Below are positions 25,904-39,462 of a stretch of DNA of 64,000 nucleotides, in pieces. The DNA comes from Eledone cirrhosa (lineage: Eukaryota), in assembly GCA_964016885.1 (NCBI GenBank), contig OZ024742.1:118358001-118422000 (forward strand), read 5' to 3'. The position numbers were made by a program, and so were the translations under genes. The number at the start of each line of letters is the position of its first letter. Position 1 is the first letter of the stretch. The notes under the pieces are model-generated. The model was not told the origin of the DNA. It did not search any database and saw only the letters and a program-made list of their open reading frames with translations.

Positions 25904-26427
25904 GTGTATGGTGTATGTGTGTTTGTAAACGATATTTACCTGTATATGTATGCGTGCTTATGTGTACATGTAAAAATCCGCTCAATCAAACTACATAGGT
26001 TTTTTTAAGCAAGCAGCTTAAATTATGTTTTCGGAGCTAATCATTTAGTTCTATCTTATGTCTAAGTGTGAGTACATGCGTGCGTGTGTGTCGGGTGTAT
26101 GTCTGTACTTAGTAATCGTAGCTATCCGAGTGTATAAGTAGAAAAAACAAAGTAACCGAAAATCATGGCTTACTAAACATATGTGACGCTGGTTTGTTAT
26201 TTTACCACGAACATACTCCAGTAGTTTCAGAAATATTATACGTTACCTTGCTGGCGTACTTTTACCAAGACGAAGATTGTCTCACGCATCTCAACATGTG
26301 GATTCAATAGTATTTGTCCTGTGTATAAAACATATGTTTGGATAGTATTTTAAAGTGTACATATTAATAGCAATATAGTTATCACCATTATTGTTGCTGC
26401 TACTACTACTACTACTACTACTACTAC

Positions 26428-26467
<40 letters not shown>

Positions 26468-26468
<1 letters not shown>

Positions 26469-26656
26469 ATATTTATTAATATTTAAATAATTGTTTCTAC
26501 GTTAGGCACAAGGCCAGCAATAACCCAGTGCATTACTGGTACTTTATTTTATCGACCCCGTAAGGATGATAAAATAAAGTACCAGTAATGCACTGGGTTA
26601 TTATTGCTGGCCTTGTGCCTAACGTAGAAACAATTATTTAAATATTAATAAATATT
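26468..26656. repeat. fold-back palindrome of a SINE 3' half plus its flank
   Basis: Arms 26468-26553 and 26568-26656, 14-bp spacer; bordered by (CTA)n/(TAG)n. Confidence 0.9.
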
Positions 26657-26670
26657 AATACTACTACTAC

Positions 26671-26717
<47 letters not shown>

Positions 26718-26756
26718 TGTATATATCTATGTATGTATGTATGTATATATGTATGT

Positions 26757-28670
26757 TCTGGTTTTATAATTTCACAAATTTTTTTCCCAATAGAGAGTCG
26801 GTTTCTAACATAGACTCAAGACTCTCTCATTGGAATTTACACAACATCAACTAGGTAGATTATGTATGCATGCATGTGTAGATATGGATGTTATTGTATG
26901 TGTGGATGTGGATGTTTTGAGTTGTATGTGTGCATGTGTATATGCTTTGTATCTGTACATGTGTATATGCAGTTATTAGATGTAACATTTTTGGAATGTT
27001 TTGCATATTTTTACTGTTCCATTAATGGATTGTACTTGTAATTTCCTAACTAGTTGTGTTCTTTCTGTTCCTGTGAAGCCTAGCTTCTCAAGATTTGTAT
27101 TGAGGCAGTTACTAACATAACCCAGTGCCCCAATAATAACAGGCATAAATCTGAAGGTGTAATCAGGGTGGAGTATCTGCAGATTTCTCATCAATTCTGC
27201 ATAAATAATCTCCTTTTCGCTAATCTTTGATATTATATTGGCATCTGCTGGGCAGCTAATTTCCACTACTGTGCATGCTTTCTTCTCCCTGTCCCATATC
27301 ATAATATCTGGTCTGTTATGACTGCATTTTATTGGGTTTTTAACTGGAACATTCCACCAGTACTCTTTCATATTATGTACGTGGATGACTTCCACATTGC
27401 TGTAGCTTTTAATGTGTTTATTATCGGGGTTATCTTTTTTACGGACTGCATTGTACCTGTGTTTTGGCCACTACATCATGCCTCATAGGTAGATAGTACC
27501 GTGATGACATCTTTGGACAGCTGCTGATGACATGGGTGATATCCTCGATGTTAGTTCTGCAGAGTCTGCACTTGTTATCACATCTAGGTGTTTTGCTTGC
27601 ATCCCTATCTCTTTTGTGAATCAGGTATTTCGTGTTAATTTCCTGTTCTTGGATTGCAAAAGCGTATCCTTCAAAGTGGGAGCCAATATAGCGGTTTTGG
27701 TCCAAGATAGACTACTTTCCTTATCTATATTACTCTCACTCTGGAGCTTCCTGGCAACATATCCATGCATTATTTTTTGCTGATAAGCATGCAGTTTTTC
27801 ATCCATGGATTCACTGCTATACTGCTGAACGACTTCCCTGGGTGTGAGTTTTTGATTATCACACAGGGAATATCTCTCGAGGAGTTCCTTCCCAACTCTC
27901 ATGATCTTATCTGTTTCATGCAGATAGACTTGCTCGAGAGACGGGCTCCTACGCTTCGAGGTTCGTAGATGTTGTCGGAGGGATATGATGCGACATTCAA
28001 ATGCTGTCTGGACTGATGTTAAGCCTCTGCCTCCCTGCTTACGTTTCAAGTAAAGGCGGTATATGTCACTGTTGATGTGGAGATTTCCTGTGTTGTTTAG
28101 TATTTTTCGAGTTCCAACATCAACTGTTCGGATTTCGTCTATTCCAAACGTTGGTGTTAGGACAGGCACAGCAAACACATTCTGAGCCACTGTTTTGTTT
28201 TGCGCAGATAGTTCCGATGACCAAATCTTTCTTAATCGGGTGTAGTATTCCCTGGTTACGGGTTCTTTATTACAGATACCATTATAGGATATGTTCTCAT
28301 CTATCCCCAGGTATCTGTAGCAGTCTTCATCAGATATCAGTGAAACAGTTAGGCCATTGATAACAATGTTGCTAGATTGGGTTGTTGTTTTTCCCCGCTT
28401 CACAGTCATGTATGAGCATTTATCTTGGGCAAACTCCATTCCTATATCCTTTGAGAACGTTGTAACCAGGTCAAGATCTTTCTTCATCCCATCCATATTC
28501 TTGGCATAGAGCTTCAGATCATCCACAAAAAAGTTATGGGTTAGGTTCGTATTTCTGTCCTCCTGTGAGCCAATGGTGTATCCCTCAGATTTCTTGAGCA
28601 GAAAGGACAAGGGGTTTAATGACAAGATGAATAATATCACAGAGAGACTGTCTCCCTGAAATACCTCTGT
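26757..28670 (-). mobile_element. 5'-truncated R4/Dong-like non-LTR element (RT, CCHC, restriction-like endonuclease)
   Basis: FQGDSLS, FVDDLKLYA, YRYLG, GGRGL, CRLC..EDITHVISSC, RHD, RPDIMIWD..VEISCP..K...Y, GALG; frameshifted. Confidence 0.88.
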
Positions 28671-29049
28671 GATATTTTATTTTATCAGTGAACATATGTA
28701 TGTACGTACGTATGTATGTATTTGAAAGCACTTTGCATCAACTATCTTCGTCTCTGGTTTCCGAAGCACCTTTCATATATTTATTTATTTATACTCATCC
28801 ATCACTACTTTGTCGGATTGAAACTTGGAATATCAAACAGATTTTCATTAAATTTTTTCTGGTTGCGATTTACGGAACCGTCATTCGATGCTTTTTACCA
28901 CAGTTGGTTATTAGTGTGCTATCGTGGGTTTATAATATAAAGAATTATTTTTTCTTGCTTTGTTCGTCGAAAAATACTCATTTATTTTTTATTTTCGTTG
29001 TTCAACCTATATATTTGACTCTGTAGTTCTTTTGAATAGTCAAGTCAAC

Positions 29050-30430
29050 AAAATCTAATATGACGCCGTTCTCCCACAAAAACAAAGACGTTTTTGACCT
29101 TGTTTCGTTGGGATATTCATATCCATACTACATGGTACCCTAACAGCGTTAGTCTTCCTACCGTAAATCGGTAAATACCAGTGGATATATGCCTCACTCG
29201 GTCGAGTTCTATTTGACAAGTAACCAGATAACAATGGAAAAGTAATACTCGTTAACATCCCTGGAGAATATACCCACCCCAAAAATAAATTCCTTTATGC
29301 GAGGAATCAGCTGGCATGACTACCACTTCGATAAGAAAAAACAAACATAGAGAACAAAAATAACAACAATGACTACGGAACATATAACTCATTACATAAT
29401 CCCCTATTAGACAACTTCAAAAAGGATCCCATGAAAATGATTAGAGAAATAAATTCTAGGAAACACAAATCTAATTTCCAAAAAGAACTGTACTCTATAG
29501 ATACAAAATTAAAGGATTCAAGCAAAGTACAAGTCCACTCGGTCAAAACAGTGAAGTTATTCAACATGAATATACAGGAATATAATAATTTCATTCGTGA
29601 AGAACAGAAAAAACTACAGGAAAACAGATATCAACGTACTTAGACATATCGTTATGTAACATACACGATAGTAAAACAACTAAATCTACAAGATCGCACA
29701 GAACCTTTCGAATCTAAATGCTCAAAATTCACTCTCAAAGACCATAAACAAAACTTCCAAAATAATCCTATCATTAGACTCATTAGCTGATCGAAATCTG
29801 ACATTGGTAGAATTAGTAAAAAGATTTTGGACAGAGTAATACCGTGAGTGAAGAAATACGCTAATTCCCTCTTTCTTAAAAAAAAGGCAATAACGTGATA
29901 GATTGATTTACCAAACTAAAGGAGAAAGAAGCAACTTCTTTTCTCCATTCCGACATTGATAGTTATTATTCGTCTATCTCAGCAATACTTCTTAACTTGG
30001 CACTCAATCTCTCTAGGAAGGTCTGACATCACCAGGATGGGAATAGACGTCCTGCATGCCAGGAAAACGACAATCGATACGGAGATCTTATGGTAAACAC
30101 TGATATTACAATGAAATCTATGGATTTTTATCAAATTACTGAATTAAAACGTTATTGTCCTGATGTAGGCGGAGGATTATATAGGGACGACTGCCTGCTA
30201 ACGTTAAGCTATCTTAACCCATCATCTATAGAAATATATAAAAAACAAATTCAACGCTTCTTTAAGGAATATAATCTCTATAATTTTTTTTTATAATCTG
30301 AAAGATGTTAATTTCTTAGATATCACCATGGACTTATCTACAGAGCTTTATCGCCTATACCATAGGCCTAATGAAAATCTTCACCACGTTCAGCAGAACT
30401 CTAACCACACCAGTGTCAAATTAGCTACAG
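29050..30430 (+). pseudogene. decayed Penelope-like RT (TLKDHK type)
   Basis: Hand translation: FTLKDHKQNFQNNPIIRLIS*SKSDIGRISKKILDRV, FDIDSYYSSIS, GGLYRDDCLL, VNFLDITMDL, PNENL..NSNH. Confidence 0.8.
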
Positions 30431-30552
30431 TTAGAATTAACTGAAGGATTAAGAAATATATAGAGTGGGAGAAATAGAAACTGAGAAAGAAAGGAGAAGA
30501 TATATAGTGAAAGAGAGAATGAGAAGAGGGAGACAGAGGAAGTAGGATGTAA

Positions 30553-30762
30553 TATTGGTTTCTGATTTAGGCACAAGGCTAGCAATTTTTAGGGAGGGGA
30601 AAGTCGATTAAATCGACCCCAGTGTGTGACTGGTACTTTATTGACCCCGTAAGGATGAAAAGCAAAGCTAACCTCGGTGGGATTTGAACTTAAGGTGTAA
30701 AGGGCCATAACTCTATACCATAAACACATTGTCGACGCTCTACCGAGACTGCCAATCCACCA
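30553..30762 (-). mobile_element. tRNA-derived SINE (long-insert subtype)
   Basis: Reverse complement of the SINE consensus, including GGATTTGAACT. Confidence 0.88.
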
Positions 30763-31810
30763 CCCTGTAGTAAGATGTAATGATACGAAACAAACTGTCA
30801 TCAAGAGAGGTTAAAATGCCACTGAAGTTACATCGGCCAAATGGGTATTTTAATCGGGAGAAGGCTTTTGTGTAGCATCATTAAAAAAACACGAAGAGGA
30901 TATCACCAAAGCCCTCATAAAAATTGCTGTTTTATTTTTCTATATAAAAGACAAATTGAGTCAAAATCAATCTACCTCCCAAGAAACAGTTGAAAAGGCA
31001 ACAGAAAGTTATGCTTATTAATGAATATGATTACAAAATATGGTAATATGTATGCAGACGTTTAATTAAATGTAATGCGACGATGTGTAGTTTATTTCAA
31101 AGTGGTTCATGTTTTTCTTTTTCTTTATGAATGATATCTCATATCTTTGGAATGTATTCAATTTGAGCTACTTAAACCGGGGAAAGGTCTTAGAATTTTC
31201 TAAGGAAAAAAGAGGAATGTGTGTTAATTGTACATCTTCTAAAAACATTAGCGTTTTATAGGAAGTTAAACAGATTCTACTCGTCAGAAGCATACCACGA
31301 CTTGTGAGAGCAGGATGTTACGCTATGAACCGTAAAACTATTCATTTAAAGATAACTTCATTATTCCCGCTTATTTTCGCCATAAAGAATAAATGTTTAT
31401 GTTAAAATAAGTGACGAAACATAATCTAAGGTTTCACTCATGTATAAATAAGAGAAGTAATATTGTTTACAAATCTTTTTGCATGCTTTCTCGTGTATTA
31501 AACGATTGTTTAACACTTTCAAAACAAAACTATGTAAACATATAAGAACATATTCATAAAAATGAGCAGGAAACTTCACTGTTGGTGTTTTATCGTGGAA
31601 GCCTTTTAATAATGCCTTCTCTTTAATGCCATATTTCATGTATAATCAGTAATTTGCGAGAGAAAAAATCATTTCTATGTGCGTTGGTACAATCAGGTGT
31701 GTTTGTTATATTATGTTATATTTTGAGTGTAAGTATGCTGACTTTTTATTGATTCCAATGCATGTATATGCATCTCTATCTCTCTCTCTCTCTCTCTGTA
31801 TATATATATG

Positions 31811-31865
<55 letters not shown>

Positions 31866-32196
31866 ATATATAAAACAAACATTGTTTACACACAGATGTC
31901 TGTCTGTCAGTCTCTGCCAGGTCAGTGCCTACTGACATCTGAAAGGTGTAGTGCAGTTATATAGTTAAAATGAAGGAAAGAAGTTTTCATTAGCTTCTTA
32001 TTTTAAAGGTTAAAACGTCTAGTCGGTATCAGGAAGATATCGGCTTCAATTCCTCATAGCGATCGTTGGCAAATTCATTTTCCGTGTATTAAGGGTCTTC
32101 ATCCTATTTCTATAAACTAGGTTTATAGCAGTTCGACGCTTGAGCACTTTCTTTATACTTATACATGCATATATATATATGTGTGTGTGGGGGGGG

Positions 32197-32284
<88 letters not shown>

Positions 32285-32287
<3 letters not shown>

Positions 32288-32560
32288 TGATGGTAGCTAT
32301 GCTTCCATAGGCGGTGTGCCGGTTGTGCACTCTATGTTCTTACAGAGCAGAGTGTGATATAATAAAAAACGAAAAATCATATATAATATAAAACGAAAAA
32401 AGTGAAAGAATTTGCTCCGAAATAATTTGATATGTCCGTCAAACCTGCAGATCCAGAATCAGACAGATCCACACAAAGATCGTGTCTCGAGCTGTCCGCC
32501 GGCGAAACAATTGTAGCACACAATAAATTGAGTTCAGATGCATCACTGATTTTTCGTTAT
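32285..32560 (+). repeat. pLTR-like repeat, diverged inverted homologue of 34485-34735
   Basis: ggcGAAAcaattgTAgcac..cagatgcatcactgatttttcgtt is shared with the reverse complement of 34485-34550. Confidence 0.65.
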
Positions 32561-32600
32561 ATATATATATATATATATATACGTGTGTGTGTGTGTGTGT

Positions 32601-32723
<123 letters not shown>

Positions 32724-33218
32724 CGTATGTCGAAGCTGGTGTGAAAGAGGAGCAAATATGTCAAAACCACCGGAGAGTGGCAAATGCAAAGAAGACCCCA
32801 GAGAAGAAAACTGAACCTAAAGAAAGGTGATAAAAAAGTTCAAATTGTCGATTGTAACGTTGATAGTGGCTGGAAAACCTACCCTGCCTTTCATTGGTTC
32901 CAAAACAAATGAAAATTATTTCCTTCCCTTTGAACATTGCTCTGACGTGTTGAGATGGGGAGAAGATGGAAGGCAAGCAAAGACAAAGCTGTCGGAGAGA
33001 GCGTAAAAATCAAAAAGGGAAATCCCGAAAAGAAGAAAAACGAACCAAATCTAGTTTTCATAGTGCTTCCTATAGACAGCAAAGACCTAATGGACGAAGT
33101 AAATAGTTTCCAGAGATGGGGACCCTGCGGACTTCTATGCCATTTTGTGCGGCCTTTTAAAAGAATAAAAAATTTCCAACAAATTTTAATTTTTTGTTAA
33201 TGTGTTTCTGTCTATCTC

Positions 33219-33402
33219 ATTGGCAGTATCGGTAGAGGGTCGGACGCCATGCTTTGCAGCAAAGAGTTACAGCCCTTTATGGTCTGAGTTCAAATCCAGC
33301 CGAGGTTAACTTTGCCTTCCATCCTTACGGATGGATAAAATAAAGTACCAGTAATACACTGAGATAATTGCTGGCCTTGTGCCAAAAGTAGAAATAATTA
33401 TT
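33219..33402 (+). mobile_element. tRNA-derived SINE, full length
   Basis: A and B boxes, core, (ATT)n tail. Confidence 0.9.
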
Positions 33403-33994
33403 TTAATGTAAACCACTTAATGCTGCGAATCTACATTATCCTACCTAACCAAAATCAAACGGTTTTAAGATCACAAATGGCGGATGTCCATCTCGGAATT
33501 CAATTAAAACGTCGGACCTCCATGCTGCAACTATCAAACTGCTTTCCGATAACAAACAGTTACAACAAAGTTAAAAGGTAGCTAGATTTAAAATCAAGTT
33601 TTCTTTTTTTAGATAATTAATATATAGTAATTAGATTTTTACAAAATAATGTAGATTTTAAAAATATGTAATTAGGGTCTCTTGAATGTATGATTATATT
33701 ACAAGTAACTAAATGCGGATTTCAACATTAAAGAGTTCCCCGCCTCTGTGTTAGGAGATTATTTTATCAGATTTTTTAAACTCGTTGTTTGTAGCAATTG
33801 ATTGTTATTACAGCTATTTCCTACGTTTGGAATCCCACATTTTTAAATTTCAAATCACCCAAGCGCCTCGATAAAACATAAGCTACATATATACATACAT
33901 GGTGGCTGCTAAGAGTATTGCAATCGCTTGTCAGATTACAGAAAATGGTGCACCTTTAGGCTACAGCCAGCCACACGAACCTGTAACATATCCT

Positions 33995-34210
33995 GAACAA
34001 GCAATGCCTGTGCTTTGAAGGTTTTTTAAGTGGGGAAAGGCCTTGCACTCGACCAATTCCACTCTCTGAGCATCGAAAACACTACCCGAATAGGAGAATT
34101 GGTCAACATCATCGGATGTTTCCGAAGCCGCAGTTCTTATTTTTTTTTCAGAGTTTCCCTCTCCTAGAAAGGTGTTGTGACAACAACTGGGGGCCTTTCA
34201 CTCCCAGGTG
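33995..34210 (-). repeat. dispersed repeat homologous to 5695-5920
   Basis: ctgggagtgaa..ctaggagagggaaactc..ccgatgatgttga..gctcagagagtgg on the minus strand. Confidence 0.65.
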
Positions 34211-34440
34211 AAAGATAAAATAAACATTTTTTAAATGTCAGGCCACTCTCGCATGCTACTGGTAACATGTAACCCAGTACAACATGTGTCACGGTCGGGT
34301 CGTCGGCGACTAAACTGGCAACCCCACCAGGCTTGCTTGGTGAGGAGGGTGATATTTGGGCACCCTGCGGGATGAAATACAAGACCCGGCGAAGGGCGGG
34401 GGGAACTCAGCAGTCAACGGCCATCCAGATATTACATACA

Positions 34441-34482
<42 letters not shown>

Positions 34483-34484
34483 CA

Positions 34485-34849
<365 letters not shown>

Positions 34850-35519
34850 TGTAAATCGATCTTTAGTTGCAGTACAACATGTACAATTCGATTTGTTTTG
34901 AGGCAATCAAAGAGCACTCAATGGGTTGAAAGTTAAACAAACATTAAGTCAAGAGTTAAACACCGTAGTAATAAAATGTGACACCAAGAGAACCGACCGA
35001 AGGCACAAATTATACATACAACAAAATAACGATATATACAAAAAGGTTTTTCATACCAGAACCATCTCCGATTGATTAAAATCGATATAATAGATAAAAT
35101 TCCGGGTTATATATATATATAATTCATTTTTGATTTGTTTTGCAAGATTTCTTATCTGAAAACGTGTGTTGAAACTGATATTGTTATACTTTGGGGGGGG
35201 GGGTCATGCTGCCAATAAACATAATAGGTACGTGTGTTTTTACTAGCAGCCTGACCCTCCCAAAGTATAACTATATATATATATATATATACATATATAC
35301 ACACATATATCTATATATACATGTGTGTGTGCGTGTGTGTGTGTGTATGTATATATATGCATATATAAGAGTAATATATTGTATAATACACACGTATAAG
35401 TGCGTGTATGTGCGAGGGGGAGAAAGTAAGACAATGAGTGAGAGAAAGAGAAAGACAAAGGTTGTGAAATATAGTGGAACGAGTTGGGCATATATGGCCC
35501 TAGAAACATGAAAAGGTGG

Positions 35520-35592
35520 ACCCCACCGCCGGTGGGCTTCGAACTCACACATGCCGTATGCCTGACGGCTACACTTCCGATTGCATCAAAGT
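35520..35592 (-). other. tRNA-like remnant or SINE head
   Basis: GCCGT-caggcat-ACGGC stem with a 7-nt loop and a GTGAGTTCGAAGCCCAC T-arm/B-box; no acceptor stem seen. Confidence 0.4.
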
Positions 35593-35879
35593 ATTATATA
35601 TTTATCTCTGCGTCATTATTTATCATTCTATAATGTTGCTACTAATTATATTGTCACTTATATTTGAGCTTTTATTTCAATATTAAACTTCTACGTGGAT
35701 TGCGAATCAATAATAATTAGTAAATATTATTCTCGGACTGGCTGGGAAAAAAATATACAAATGAACATATGTATGAAAATATATATGTGCGAAAGTATGT
35801 ATCTTATGAAGTATGTATATCAATAGATCTCCAATATATGATAGGCTCTGTGTGTTGATAAACTGTTCCATTATCACAT

Positions 35880-36064
35880 TTGACAACATATGACTAAGGA
35901 AAAAATCGCTACACCACCGACAGGTGGCCGAAAAGCAGACCTCCGACAAGATGGTTGGATAACATCAGGAAGGCGTTTTTTGAGGTCTCTTTCCTCCACG
36001 ACCCTCCCAGGATAAGTGGGTGAAAAAGAAGAAGAAGAAGAAGAAGAAGAAGAAGAAGAAGAAG
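35880..36064 (+). mobile_element. LINE (RTE-like) 3' remnant with (GAA)n tail
   Basis: Translates to RPPTRWLDNIR, an RTE-like C-terminal motif, followed by (GAA)n. Confidence 0.5.
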
Positions 36065-36100
36065 AGAGTGGGAAATAGGTAGATAGATAGATAGATAGAT

Positions 36101-39100
36101 AAGTTTCTATTTATTTGCCACGAGGGCACAAAAGAAGGGGTCAAATACAAGGGGGGGGGGGGAGTTTACATAAAGGAACGAGTAAAAAACAAATAACAAA
36201 TATAAAATTAACAATACAGTCCTCAATAGGGAGGAGGCGTTTTGGGGGTTACACGCACCCCCGAAAAAGTGTGCAACTCTTTTCCTTAGGAGCACAGAGA
36301 GAAGGCCCATTCACACGGACCATTCTCGCTACTTTCACCCACCTTTCATAAAACTTGCTGGGGTAGAGCACCTCTCTTTCCATTCTGATCCTTCCCTTAA
36401 AATGGTATTTAAAGAAAAGGACCAGTTGTTGTCCGGAGAGAAAGGTGTCCGACCTCAGCCTTTTCAAACGTGTCCACCATACCACCTATTTCACCATGGC
36501 TATTACACAGAGGAAGACCGCCTCTCCTTCATTTTTGAAGGGGGTGGCGGCTTGATCGTTACAATGGACTCAGTGGTCAACCGGATTGGTCCCACCCGTG
36601 ACAGCAGTCGTTCGACATAGCCCCACAGATCGGCAACGCCCGAGCAGTGTACCAATGCGTGCGCAACGGTTTCCTCGTCGCGCACGCATCTGGGACAGAT
36701 TTTTTTCGAGGGGACCCTACCCGGACGCCCGTGTCTGTAGAGCTTTTCGCGAACGGGCAGCGCCCCTCGGTAGCACTGCCAGGCCAGGGACCTCTGGAAG
36801 TTGTCCATAGGTCCCGGGCCAAATGTCCTCCCGGATAGGCTGGCCAGTTCGTCTTCCTCCATGCCTAGGGCTTGTCCGAGGGCGTCGTCGCACCTACTAA
36901 CCACCAGCCCTTTATAGAATGACGAGGTGGAGTCTCCACCGATAGCCGGGTACGCCTGCCAGAGAGCCGTAAGCGCCTGGGCACACTCGGTGTGCCAGGC
37001 GCCCAGTTTTCTCGGTCTTTGCGTAACCCAGGACTGCAGCTCGGTGAGCGAGACGAGTCTCGGAAAGGCTCGCCTCACAAACGGGGCCCACACCGGTTGA
37101 CCGGTGAGGAATACCTGGAGGTGCCGTAGCCTTAATGCGTGTTTACGCATCAGCAGCCACGGCATCCCCAGCCCTCCCTTCGAAGGGTGTTGACAGCATA
37201 TGGATCTCCTCACCAAAGGAGCCCGCTTCTCCAAAGGAATTGGAAGAGTGCGCACTCCATTTTGGTGAGCGTTTCCCTTGGGCAAGGCACGACGGTCAGG
37301 CGGTAATAGATGACGGACGCTATATAAGCGTTCGCCACCTCCGCCCGACCTTTCAGGGATAGTTTGCACTCAGCCCACTTCCGCGTCAGCGCAAACACCC
37401 TGTTCGATACCTCACCCCAGTTCTTCTCCACCTGGAAGTCTGGCCCGAACCAGACCCCGAGCAAATTCACCGGGCCCTCCGTTCAACGTCCGACGACGCC
37501 GTTGGAGGCCATCGGTATGCCCCTCCACTCGCCGAGTTGCAAACCGACTGACTTGTCCCGGTTCAGCTTAGCCTCTGTAAACGTTTCGTTTTCCTCCAGT
37601 AAAGTGCCGATCACTCCGATTTCCGAGGCGGTTGACACCATTACTGTCACGTCATCGGCGTAGGCCTACACCGCTTTCCGCAATCCCGGTTCGAAAGGGA
37701 TGCCCTGTAACAACTCCAACTTCCGCAGCAGTGGCTCTAGGGCCAATACATACAGAAGGGAGGAGAGAGGGTATCCCTGTCGGATGGACCGCGTGATTCG
37801 AACGGCTCCAGGAGGTAGCCGTTCACCTTGACCCTAGAGCAGATGCGGCTGCTGTGCATGGCAGTGATCCAGCCCCTGAAAACGGGTCCGAAACCTGCCA
37901 CCACTAGCGCCGCATCCAGGTAACGATGGTCGACCCTATCGAACGCCTTAGATTGATCCAAGTTGATCAGGGCCCTACCAAAGCCGGGTTCGTTCCCAAC
38001 CCTCTCTATGATGTATCGCATGAGATGGAGGTTGTCGTGAATGGACCTGGACGGGATGGCGCATGTCTGCGCATCTCCCACCAGGTTGCCCACGACAAGC
38101 GCCAACCTCTTTGCTAACACCTTGGCCAAAATCTTTAACTCTGCATTTACCAGTGTTATGGGCCTAAAATTACTTATTTCATCCACCTTGTTCTCGTCCT
38201 TCATCACTAGCGAGACTACGCCCTTGGTCACAGAACAGGGAATTCTCCCGTTCTGTTGCCAGTTGCAGTAGACCGCTTCGAGGAGATCGAAGAACAAGTC
38301 CGGCATACTTAAATACAGTTCGTATGGAAGACCATCGAGGCCCGGAGATTTGTGTCTGCCGCATTGGCTCAGCACGTCCCCTATTTCAGCAGCTGAGATC
38401 GTCCTCTCGCAGGACTTCGCCTCCTCGTCCGAAAGACGCGGCAAGCCGTCGAGGTATGGACCGAGGTCCACATCCCCATCCGGCCATGCGTCCCTTCCGA
38501 ACAATCGGGCAAAGTGCCTTTGAAAAGCCTCGCACATCTGCTTAGGTTCAAGGATCACCCGTCCATCCTGGTCTCGCAAAGACGGGATAGTGGATCTAGT
38601 CCCACTTTTGGCTTCTGTCACGCGGGCCAAGCTAACAGCTTTGGTCCCCTCGTTTCCCAGAGCACGTATTTTGCTTCGGACAACACAGCCTTCGTGTTTC
38701 GCGTCGAAGAACTGGCCCAAGGCTACGTCGCCGCTTCTAATTGCCTCTTCTACACTATCTACCATCTCCCTTTCCTTCCTATTTCTATCTGAGGCTAACT
38801 CCTTACTAACTCCTATTGAAGCTACGCTAATCTCTCTTTTGAGAGATCCCCACCACCTGCTGTTGACGATGGCGCCCGTCAACCGCTCCTTAACTAATGT
38901 ACTAATCCGGTTCCTGTAAGCTTTACTTGCCGGTAAGGACAAGTTGAGCTTCCAGTAACCGGGTCCCTGTCTATGCGTTCTATCAAGGTTGACCATGGAG
39001 GTCACTAACTTGTGGTCTGAATAGCCAACCATGAGCATTTTTGGACAATTTAAAAAGTCCCTATCCTTATTTCTAACTAAGAACCTATCTAGGTACGATC

Positions 39101-39447
39101 TAGATTGACCGCGAAGGTTTATCCAAGTCCAGGTTGGCACAGTCGGAAAATCTAGTCGATATCTATCGGCCAGGTCGAATCGGCCGATTAACCCCTTGAG
39201 GCTGTTACAATCCCCTCTATCAGGACATGCCCCTACATAGTCCCAACGTGTATCTAGGATACCATTCCAGTCCCCCACTAAAAGCAAGGAGCGGGACGTC
39301 CCTAGAAAAGTCTCCAGACGATGGAAGAAGTCCGGCCGCGTTGACCCAAAAGGGCCGTAGACGGCGACCAGCCTAAAAGCTCCGCCTTCACCACTGCCAA
39401 GGTCCAGAACCACTAGTCGACCCTCTGGGTCCAAGTGTACCGTCTGT
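36101..39447 (-). mobile_element. 5'-truncated Tx1-clade LINE (ORF2, frameshifted)
   Basis: LVGDWN, SYLDRF, YSDHK, KSPGLDGLPYE, NFRPITL, LDQSKAFD, GGLGMP, CPRC; flanked by GTAGATAGATAGATA at 36079 and 39448. Confidence 0.92.
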
Positions 39448-39462
39448 GTAGATAGATAGATA

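Noticed and set aside
34225-34428. HDV-like fold in a GC-rich stretch
   Set aside because: Only simple hairpins found; P1, P2 and P3 could not be assigned on either strand.
35520-35592. Functional tRNA gene
   Set aside because: No acceptor stem and a non-canonical anticodon loop.
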